Source: Pseudobdellovibrionaceae bacterium (GTDB lineage Bacteria > Bdellovibrionota > Bdellovibrionia > Bdellovibrionales > Bdellovibrionaceae). From it: 33,324 nt of DNA. The stretch lies in assembly GCA_044359815.1 (NCBI GenBank), contig JBIKLL010000022.1, forward strand, positions 1 to 33,324. The letters are read 5' to 3'. Shown here piece by piece: positions 26,265 to 33,324 of the stretch; the stretch's first letter is position 1, and each line of letters opens with the position of its first letter. Position numbers and translations under genes: made by a program. Under the pieces are notes generated by a model. It searched no databases. It saw nothing but the letters and a program-made list of their open reading frames with translations, and was not told the DNA's origin.

Positions 26265-27536
26265 ATGTCGTTTCTATTTGCGATCTTTATAAACCACTCG
26301 GTATTTGCATACAACCCTGCACTGACGACCAGTTTTTACCGACTGCCCTCTAGCAATTTCCCCTCTGGCGAGGCCAACATCCTGGATCTGAAAAAGTCTT
26401 TAGTCAGAAAGGAAAGGGATTCGCGTTTTTTGGCAGAAAAAAACGGAGTTAAAAAATGGATTTCAGACAATGGCTTTGCCACCGACGTTACAGTTTCAAA
26501 ATATGTGACTCACCAAAGGCTGGGAAAACGCTATCAGATTATTGAAGCTGTGGGTGGATTGATTTCGGTGGTAGAACCCAACAAAAGCTCCAAAGAATTA
26601 TTTTCGGCCAGTGACTTGAATCCTGAAATCAAAGATTTAGGCATCGCTTTGACCCTGGTAAATACGGGTATCAGAAGCTCCCCTGCATGGAATGCAAATG
26701 TATTGACTGTTGTTCCTGACAACACAAGATTAGAGATTTTAGATTTTCATGATAATTGGATTTTAGTGGCTCATCAAAACCTTAAGGGCTATGTGGATTT
26801 TGGCAGAGTTTTAATGAAAACTGATTTTGCATCGTTTGTGCTGTCTTCAAAAAATACTTGGATGCAGGTTTTGCACCGCGAAGGTTCAAAACTGATTTTG
26901 CGAGACGGCAGAAAAATCGACATCAACAAATCAACCTTTGTACTGACACGCCCTGACCTGGCGATAGCAACCAAAGAGCTGCCAGATCTGAAAGCCAATA
27001 TCAGATCACATTTTAATTTTACTAAAAATTCTGCCGACAGCTGGAATGTCAGTCAGTTTCGAAATCATGGTTTGGTTTATTGGAAGGAACCACCCCCACC
27101 CCCTGTTGATGTACTAAGCACCGATGAAGTTTTGAAACTGGAAATCACCTCTATGTCGTTTCATCCCTTTGATTCTAAACAAGCTCTGATTTCAGCATCG
27201 GGAATTTACTATACCTACGATGGATTCACTTGGAAAAAGATCAATAAATTTGCCAATCAGAATATGCCCGTTTTAATTTCTGATACTGGCGACTGGTTTA
27301 TCGGCAACTACAAGGCCGAAAGAAACACTTTGGATTTTCAGCCTTTTTTTAGAGTTGAATCACTGACTCACCAAATAGAAAAAAACATCAAGTCAGAAGT
27401 CAAATCACTAAAGATCACACAAATCGAATCAGCCGACAAATCCCGGGTAAAAATCAAAGTCGACGCTGGCTCCAAAAAATATTCTGCCACCGGGCTATGG
27501 GCTGACGGCAAAATCCAATCATGGATACTGCAATAG
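26265..27536 (+). CDS. Secreted protein with bacterial SH3b domain
   Basis: GIRSSPAWNANVLTVVPDNTRLEILDFHDNWILVAHQNLKGYV is SH3b-like. One Asp-box-like YTYDGFTW and a poly-Pro linker. Start is uncertain (26199 or 26265). Confidence 0.65.
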   Translation: MSFLFAIFINHSVFAYNPALTTSFYRLPSSNFPSGEANILDLKKSLVRKERDSRFLAEKNGVKKWISDNGFATDVTVSKYVTHQRLGKRYQIIEAVGGLISVVEPNKSSKELFSASDLNPEIKDLGIALTLVNTGIRSSPAWNANVLTVVPDNTRLEILDFHDNWILVAHQNLKGYVDFGRVLMKTDFASFVLSSKNTWMQVLHREGSKLILRDGRKIDINKSTFVLTRPDLAIATKELPDLKANIRSHFNFTKNSADSWNVSQFRNHGLVYWKEPPPPPVDVLSTDEVLKLEITSMSFHPFDSKQALISASGIYYTYDGFTWKKINKFANQNMPVLISDTGDWFIGNYKAERNTLDFQPFFRVESLTHQIEKNIKSEVKSLKITQIESADKSRVKIKVDAGSKKYSATGLWADGKIQSWILQ

Positions 27537-27542
27537 AATCCT

Positions 27543-28262
27543 CTAGATGATTTCTTGTAGCATTCTTTTGCGGACGACTTCGGAAAGCTCGCGGCGTTGT
27601 TCAATCGAATATTTATCGACCTGAATCTTTTCCAGATAATGAACCTCGATGGTGTGTTTCCAACGCTTAAGGTTTGGCAAAAAATGCCCCTTTGGCAAAA
27701 CTTCAAGAGCTCCTTTGATAACCACTGGGACAATCGGTATTTTTGATCTGATGGCAAAAATAAAAGGACCCGATTTAAATGGTTTCAGACCGACCTCTGA
27801 AGTGTTGCGACTGCCTTCGGGCGACAGTGCAAATTGTTCGCCATTACGTGCACGGACTTGGGCTTGTTCGTAAACCTTGATCACATCGGCTCTGTTGTCA
27901 CGGGCTATGGGCAGTACACCAACTTTTCGCATAGTGACCCCAAAGATTGGAATTTTAAACAGTTCAATTTTGGCTCCGAAACGGACTCCCCTAAGCCTTG
28001 CATGCATCACAAAAATATCAAAAAAACTGGTGTGGTTAAACAAATACAAGCAGCCACCCTTGGTTAGGTTTTCACGCCCATGTTCAGTGACTACCACGCC
28101 AAACATTTTTAGTGTGTAATGTCCCCACAATTGCACAATCAGATTTTCAATTTTTTTATTTCCAATCATCAGATTAACAATGGCAAACAGACAGCAAAGA
28201 ATCGTAAAAAAAGGATACAGCGCCACTGAAATAAGGCTTCGAACAAAAGTCAGAATGATCAT
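27543..28262 (-). CDS. plsC: 1-acyl-sn-glycerol-3-phosphate acyltransferase
   Basis: NHTSFFD (HX4D), AKIELFKIP, SPEGSR and IPIVPV. Confidence 0.9.
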   Translation of the reverse strand: MIILTFVRSLISVALYPFFTILCCLFAIVNLMIGNKKIENLIVQLWGHYTLKMFGVVVTEHGRENLTKGGCLYLFNHTSFFDIFVMHARLRGVRFGAKIELFKIPIFGVTMRKVGVLPIARDNRADVIKVYEQAQVRARNGEQFALSPEGSRNTSEVGLKPFKSGPFIFAIRSKIPIVPVVIKGALEVLPKGHFLPNLKRWKHTIEVHYLEKIQVDKYSIEQRRELSEVVRKRMLQEII

Positions 28263-29374
28263 AAATCTTTAGAGGCAAAGAGTCTTTCCTTGGCTGCTTG
28301 CTTTTGCCTTTCTTTGTAGGCTTGATGTTCGCTGGGGCCTGACTGAATTTTCCTGTAGGCAGACTTATCCATAATCTGAACTTCGTAGGGATAAAAAAAG
28401 CTAAAGTTATCGCTTTTTGAATCGCTCTTTTCATCATTTCTGATCTGAATTAATTTTCGAGATATAAATTTAATAAACTGATAATCCGTCCCAGAAAAAG
28501 AGTTTTCTTTTTTTAAAAACTTAACGTCAGGATGTTTTTTCAAATAATCCGCAAAATAAAAATCAATTTCATTGTCGTTCAGAATTCGGTTTTCCGCGGT
28601 CAGCTCTGAGCAGGCATTTAAAAAGACATTTATTGGATATATTGTGTTCGTGCTTTGATCCGGGATGATATGGGGAAAACTGGTCAGATTTTCCTGAGCT
28701 AAAAATCTGATCACACGAAAGACATCAAAAACGTTCTTGGTAATAAATCGCACGCCCAGTTTGTCAAAAACATTCATAGCCAGCGCATCGGGTTTAGCCA
28801 GCAATTTTATAACGGTGCTGGATGAAGTTTTAAAAGGCTTAACTTCGAAACCCTCCAGCGGAATAGCTTCCAGTTCGGATTTAGGATCGGCTGATTTTAA
28901 AAAAATCTTGCCCTCAACGCCATCATGAACAACTGAATTCTGAAAGGGCGTCAGTATTTGCTTTTGGACTTCCTCGGAAAAGCTTGAAAACAAATCCCGC
29001 TCCGAATGGACAAAGACATGCATCACCCGCAACAGGGCACAGGACCAGCGCTGAAGCTCGCGTTCATTTTCTTGGGTACTGCTAGCCCACAAAAGCAACT
29101 TGCGCAGATCCTCCAGGTTTTTACGATCAATCAAAACTGGGGGAATTTCTTCGGTATTGCATCCCAGTTTTTCTTGCAAAAAAACTAAGGCCCTTCTGTG
29201 GAAATACCAAAGCTTTTCTTGTTCCTTGGAATCTTGAACATTAAACCCGTAGGCTTTAACAAAGGCATTGGCTTCATCCAATGAATACAAATTAAGTTTA
29301 GGCAGATCAATGACGGACCTGCCGCCAGCAATGGCATTTAAAACTGTGCGATCAAAAACATATCTGCTGGGCAT
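28259..29374 (-). CDS. TIGR04552-like protein (RelA/SpoT-type nucleotidyltransferase-like fold)
   Basis: K-x-x-x-S-x-x-x-K-L (KTSSSTVIKLLAK), FDKLGVRFIT, NSFSGTDYQFIKF, YEVQIMD and SEHQAYK. ATGA overlap with plsC. Confidence 0.7.
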   Translation of the reverse strand: MPSRYVFDRTVLNAIAGGRSVIDLPKLNLYSLDEANAFVKAYGFNVQDSKEQEKLWYFHRRALVFLQEKLGCNTEEIPPVLIDRKNLEDLRKLLLWASSTQENERELQRWSCALLRVMHVFVHSERDLFSSFSEEVQKQILTPFQNSVVHDGVEGKIFLKSADPKSELEAIPLEGFEVKPFKTSSSTVIKLLAKPDALAMNVFDKLGVRFITKNVFDVFRVIRFLAQENLTSFPHIIPDQSTNTIYPINVFLNACSELTAENRILNDNEIDFYFADYLKKHPDVKFLKKENSFSGTDYQFIKFISRKLIQIRNDEKSDSKSDNFSFFYPYEVQIMDKSAYRKIQSGPSEHQAYKERQKQAAKERLFASKDL

Positions 29375-29505
29375 AGTTGTAGGGTAATTTTGATAAAAAA
29401 TGCTTTATTAGCAAGATTAAAAATCTAAGCCTCGATGATGACTATCCGCAACGGGCGGAATTTATTTTGGCAACTGCCTTTTTATTAGACTGCTAACAAT
29501 AATAT

Positions 29506-30144
29506 TTAAGGTAAGCATTTAAAGAATTTGCATGTTTCCACTTCAAAATCACCAATAACACCTTGCTTGATGTGCTGATTGTTTTCAGTCGGTGTCCATG
29601 AAGGCAAAGGACTTAACAAAGATTGAAAACTAACTCGGCCAGACATTTTAGCTACGTTAACTGTGGCATCAATTACCAATCTTGAATACTGGTCTTCAAA
29701 AATCAACTGCACAGGATTGCCAGAAACCTTGGCTACTTTAAGTGGTATGCCCATGGTTAAAGGCTGCACGTTATTAGATTGAGTGAAAGTGTCAAAAACT
29801 CTAAACATGATTCCACTATTAGAGACTACTACGTTGTTTGCCCCATCCAGTTCAATAAAGCCAGTTATGTAAAAACCGTTTTGTGAGCTGACTTTTCCGT
29901 AATCCACACCTGGCTGCAGTACCGGGGATAAAAAAGCATCAATCATTATCTGAAATCGAGTTTGATCAGAATTTTTAACGACTGTTTCAGTGGGTTCAAC
30001 AGCTGCATTCCTGGGGAAATTTAATCCGCTGACATTGCCAGTTGCTCCAGCACCTGGCTGTACGGATTCGTCTTTTTTACTGCCGCAGGCAACTAGTGCC
30101 ATGGTCAAAAAAACTGCCACTGATATAGATAATGATTTTTTCAT
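29506..30144 (-). CDS. Hypothetical lipoprotein
   Basis: ATG 30144 after AGGAG. Lipobox LVAC. C-terminal GDFEVETCKFFKC. Confidence 0.8.
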   Translation of the reverse strand: MKKSLSISVAVFLTMALVACGSKKDESVQPGAGATGNVSGLNFPRNAAVEPTETVVKNSDQTRFQIMIDAFLSPVLQPGVDYGKVSSQNGFYITGFIELDGANNVVVSNSGIMFRVFDTFTQSNNVQPLTMGIPLKVAKVSGNPVQLIFEDQYSRLVIDATVNVAKMSGRVSFQSLLSPLPSWTPTENNQHIKQGVIGDFEVETCKFFKCLP

Positions 30145-30170
30145 AAATTCTCCTGTCAAACAGTGTAGAG

Positions 30171-30185
30171 GCAATGCTTGGACCA
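30171..30185 (-). promoter_or_regulatory. Putative sigma54 (-24/-12) promoter
   Basis: Minus-strand TGG-TCCAAGCATT-GC, exact GG-N10-GC spacing, 27 nt before the ATG. Candidate UAS TGTCAAAACCTTAGACA at 30272-30288. Confidence 0.55.
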
Positions 30186-30358
30186 ATTTTAAGGGTCTAA
30201 AACCTCTTAAAACTGAGCTAATAGGCAGTTTTTGCTCCATAACGCTTTATTGCCAAAATGCAGAACCCAGCTGTCAAAACCTTAGACAGACTTGATCTAT
30301 GGGATTTTTTCTGGTCAAAACAACCCAGCAATCAAACGGCATAGTAAAGAGGGGAAAT

Positions 30359-31306
30359 ATGTCTGTTTTAATCGCCTTATTGGCATCGGCCATAGCCGCG
30401 GCCTCGGGACAGCCAAATAAAACCGCTAACGCTGATATTTGCGAAAACTCGTTTGTATTAAATTTTTCTAAAAACATTGCTTCTGAGAATCCAAACTTTG
30501 ACTGGTATGATCAGTTGGATTTTACAAAAAAAGACCTGGAATCAAATGAAAATTTTGTGACTTACAGATTTTTAAGCGACTACAATCAGTTTTTTGAAAC
30601 CGGTAATAATCAGTACGCTTTTGTTGATCATTTAAAATCCCTGCCTAAAGGCTCTTTATGGATGGACATGGGTGCCGGAAACGCCAATGCCCTGCTGGAT
30701 GCGGCGTTTAGGTCAGATTTAAACCACATTGGACAATTGGTTGCAGTGTCTTATGCTGCGCCCAAGGACTTCAAAAAAGACCAAGCCGTTGAACGCTACA
30801 AGGGACGGTTTCAATATCTAGAAACTGGATTTATCGAACAACATTTAAAATCCGAAAATCAATTGTCAGATACCTTGGCACCCTACAAAAATTCAGCGTA
30901 TCTTTTGACTGATGTTTGGGGTCCGCTTTCCTACACCCACGAAGTCGAAAAACTGTTTCGCGTTTATTTTAGTTTGCTAAAAAAACAGGGCAAACTGATG
31001 ATTGTTTTTTCTCAGCTAAAGCTTTTTGAAAACAATGAGTCTCTGAGCGATAAAATTTATTTTAATGGCGAAAAAAATCCTGCAACGATCAAAGAGTCCA
31101 TAGAAAGATTTTTTTCAACATTTTCAGGGACTGAATTTTCTATCCAAATGGTCAACGAAAGCCGAGATACCAATATGCTCAGACAGACCTTTGCCATCGT
31201 TTTAACCAAAACCGCTGATGAGGTAAGAATACCGAACATCGAAACAATTAAGTTTTATACCGGCAGACCTGTGCGCCGCCATCTGATGATAAAAAACAAT
31301 CCCTAA
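30359..31306 (+). CDS. Class I SAM-dependent methyltransferase-like protein with apparent signal peptide
   Basis: RBS GAGGGG. MSVLIALLASAIAAA leader. Motif I WMDMGAGNA, then LLTDVWGPLSY and LLKKQGKLMI. Confidence 0.65.
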   Translation: MSVLIALLASAIAAASGQPNKTANADICENSFVLNFSKNIASENPNFDWYDQLDFTKKDLESNENFVTYRFLSDYNQFFETGNNQYAFVDHLKSLPKGSLWMDMGAGNANALLDAAFRSDLNHIGQLVAVSYAAPKDFKKDQAVERYKGRFQYLETGFIEQHLKSENQLSDTLAPYKNSAYLLTDVWGPLSYTHEVEKLFRVYFSLLKKQGKLMIVFSQLKLFENNESLSDKIYFNGEKNPATIKESIERFFSTFSGTEFSIQMVNESRDTNMLRQTFAIVLTKTADEVRIPNIETIKFYTGRPVRRHLMIKNNP

Positions 31307-31310
31307 AAAA

Positions 31311-31688
31311 CTATTTCGTTTTTACTTTTACTTTGTAGTCGCCGTTGGATTCGCAGACCGTTTGTCCGCCATCGCTTTTTTGGCAATTAGGCTTATTGCA
31401 GTTTAAAACTATAATTTCGTTGGTTTTGTTTAGTTCTTTGATTTCTTTTTTCCAGTCGTTGCAAGCGGCTTTCCAACTGGCACGAGCTTCTTTGTTCATC
31501 AGCTGGGGATCACCGGAAACCTCGCCACTGCCTTCAACGATTTCGAAATTTTTCTCAGCAGTTGTTTTATCATCGCCCTTTTTAACAGTGATAACTGTGT
31601 TTGAATCAGTTGGGATGTCAGTGATTGAAGTCTTTTGAGCCATAGCAACTGAACCGATTAACAAAATTGAACTCAAAACATATTTCAT
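31311..31688 (-). CDS. Hypothetical secreted protein (4 Cys)
   Basis: RBS AAGGAG. Signal peptide ending AMA. Confidence 0.8.
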   Translation of the reverse strand: MKYVLSSILLIGSVAMAQKTSITDIPTDSNTVITVKKGDDKTTAEKNFEIVEGSGEVSGDPQLMNKEARASWKAACNDWKKEIKELNKTNEIIVLNCNKPNCQKSDGGQTVCESNGDYKVKVKTK

Positions 31689-31842
31689 AAAATCTCCTTT
31701 TACACAGTGGTAGTGCTTTAGAATATAAATCCCCTGAAATTTGTCAACTTATGACAGGAATCAAACTGACCTAACCGTGAGTCAAAATATTGCATCAAAC
31801 GCATCAGTTAAAGGCCCATCGCCCTCCTGGACCATTTTGTGA

Positions 31843-31858
31843 TGGCCACGCGATTGCA
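31843..31858 (+). promoter_or_regulatory. Putative sigma54 (-24/-12) promoter
   Basis: TGGCCACGCGATTGCA with GG-N10-GC spacing, 33 nt before GTG 31891. Candidate UAS TGTCAACTTATGACA at 31742-31756. Confidence 0.6.
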
Positions 31859-31890
31859 ACCAACAAGACAAACACAATAAGGAGAATTTA

Positions 31891-32445
31891 GTGAAAACCC
31901 TAGCAATAAACCCATTAAGAAATGCAACTGTAGCAATACTGATGTCTTTGACCTCTGTATCACAGGCCATGATTAGCGCTGAAACTGACAAAGCATCAAA
32001 AGCTCTTGGAGCCAATATGGTTTCAGAAGTCACTTTCAACGAAGGTGAATCAACCCTTACCGAAGGAGCCCGAACTGATTTGGATGAAATAATTAACTCA
32101 GCCAAAGCTTCAGGAATAATCAGCGAAGTCAAAATCGCAGCCTGGGCAGATCGCGAATACCCCAAAATTAACAAAAAAGCCAAACGGTCTGATAACAGAT
32201 TAGCCCAAGCCCGAGCGCAAACACTGCGCGACTATCTGAGCGAAAAACAAAATATCAATACAATAAACAGCTACAACATGACCCAAAGACCCAATTCTTT
32301 ACAGAGATTTTTAAAAACCCCGACCGCCGATATGAAAGCCACCTTTGAAAACACAGGAGCTTCGCCAACTTCGACCGAAGAAACTGGAATCTTTAATCAA
32401 AAATCTCAGACTTCAAAAGCCGTCATTATGGTTTATCTAAAATAG
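31891..32445 (+). CDS. Secreted OmpA_C-like domain protein (divergent)
   Basis: RBS AAGGAG. VTFNEGESTL...IAAWADREYP...NRLAQARAQTLRDYL has OmpA-like spacing, but AWAD replaces GHTD. Confidence 0.6.
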   Translation: MKTLAINPLRNATVAILMSLTSVSQAMISAETDKASKALGANMVSEVTFNEGESTLTEGARTDLDEIINSAKASGIISEVKIAAWADREYPKINKKAKRSDNRLAQARAQTLRDYLSEKQNINTINSYNMTQRPNSLQRFLKTPTADMKATFENTGASPTSTEETGIFNQKSQTSKAVIMVYLK

Positions 32446-32453
32446 GAGGACTT

Positions 32454-32770
32454 ATGAAATTACTTACGCTCTTAGCAATAGCTCTTCTGCAAACTCAAGC
32501 CTTATCCGCCCAAAATAAATCTTCGATATTTCAGGATACCCAGCCAGTGGGATTAACGGATTGGATCTGAAATTTAAAGAACCTACAGGCGCTCGGATTG
32601 GATTTGGTTTAAGAGCCTATGCATTTTCAGTAAATCTGGAATACGAAGATTTAAATTATAACACTTCTGAAATCGAATCACTGGGATCATTGCAAATCAA
32701 TAATCAAACTAACGTGGATTACAACAGCTATGGATATTCGCTCAGTATGAGCTTCCCGCTGTTGCTATAG
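32454..32770 (+). pseudogene. Probable outer-membrane beta-barrel gene with internal deletion/frameshift
   Basis: Strong RBS AGGAGG and signal peptide MKLLTLLAIALLQTQALSA, but this frame stops at 32570. A different frame (open from 32519) encodes barrel C-terminal strands ...GARIGFGLR..SVNLEYEDL...GYSLSMSFPLLL. Confidence 0.6.
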
Positions 32771-32840
32771 TCAGGCTCACCACAGGCCAAAGCTATTTCC
32801 AACTAGATTAACTAGGCAATAGCCATACCAATAATTTTGC

Positions 32841-33324
32841 TTAGGATAGCTTTTTCAGAGTGTTTTTATCGATATGGTTAAATATTTGTTCCTTACCCTT
32901 CATTAAAATCTGAGTGGTTTCTTGATAGCTAAACTCAGTAGGGCTCAGCATATTTATGTCAGAAAAATATTTTACCGTTTTAAATTCACGATCTAAAAAT
33001 GGATTTGAGCAAATCCCAAAAGTTGGTGATCCCAACTGGGCTTCCACCCTAAAGGCTTTGTCGTTTTCAGAGGCCTTACCCCCTGCCAGCACAGCCATCC
33101 CCCTGGGAATCATAAATGAATGCATCACCAAACCAGAAGCCTTATCCCACAACCAATAACCTAACTGTTCATGAAAGGTCGTATCCACACCTAATCGCCA
33201 AGCCTTGCGATCATAGCTTAAAACCTGCAGTTTTTGTTCGTGATTGTCAGCGGCCCCAAAATATTTAAATTCAATTCTTTCTTTGAACTGATTTTTTTCA
33301 GTGCCTCTGTCATCGCCTGGGGCT
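32841..33324 (-). CDS. Nitrobindin/THAP4-like heme-binding beta-barrel protein (5' end outside the window)
   Basis: Frame is open to the window end: ...DNHEQKLQVLSY...FHEQLGYWLWD...IPRGMAVLAGG...FGICSNPFL...FNHIDKNTL (conserved heme His). Confidence 0.85.
   Translation of the reverse strand, partial: APGDDRGTEKNQFKERIEFKYFGAADNHEQKLQVLSYDRKAWRLGVDTTFHEQLGYWLWDKASGLVMHSFMIPRGMAVLAGGKASENDKAFRVEAQLGSPTFGICSNPFLDREFKTVKYFSDINMLSPTEFSYQETTQILMKGKEQIFNHIDKNTLKKLS

Noticed and set aside
29445..29459. TCCGC-AACGG-GCGGA hairpin
   Set aside because: Only a 5-bp stem and no U-tract on the transcribed (minus) strand, too weak to call a terminator.
31782..32183. 133-aa minus-strand ORF
   Set aside because: Antisense to the OmpA-like gene, which has the RBS, signal peptide and promoter.

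Overview
Roughly 40% GC bacterial chromosomal window, most likely from Bdellovibrionota. That assignment is an inference from a TIGR02147-type HTH protein, a TIGR04552-type protein, a GNGGD-motif lipoprotein and many orphan secreted proteins. The left third (1-11.8 kb) is accessory-looking: CotH-like kinase, CE4 deacetylase, Gly-rich protein, orphan secreted genes, OmpA lipoprotein, an Ig-domain gene fragment and a BrnT/BrnA toxin-antitoxin pair next to a tRNA-Gly(GCC) with an unusual A19-U56 elbow. The middle and right parts are mostly housekeeping: GT4-CE4 fusion, two divergent PTPS paralogues, psd, an FAD oxidoreductase, a hbd-crt-icmF-phosphatase operon, plsC and nitrobindin. The most striking element is a 389-bp non-coding palindrome at 14150-14538 whose arms are permuted (P-A-B-C-D-D'-A'-B'-C'-P'). 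It folds as a long rod with two mutually complementary bubbles and a reciprocally swapped 2-nt crossover, i.e. a natural crossover/origami-like architecture. A second long palindrome with a structured GC-rich core lies at 16888-17071. No transposase, integrase or CRISPR array was seen.
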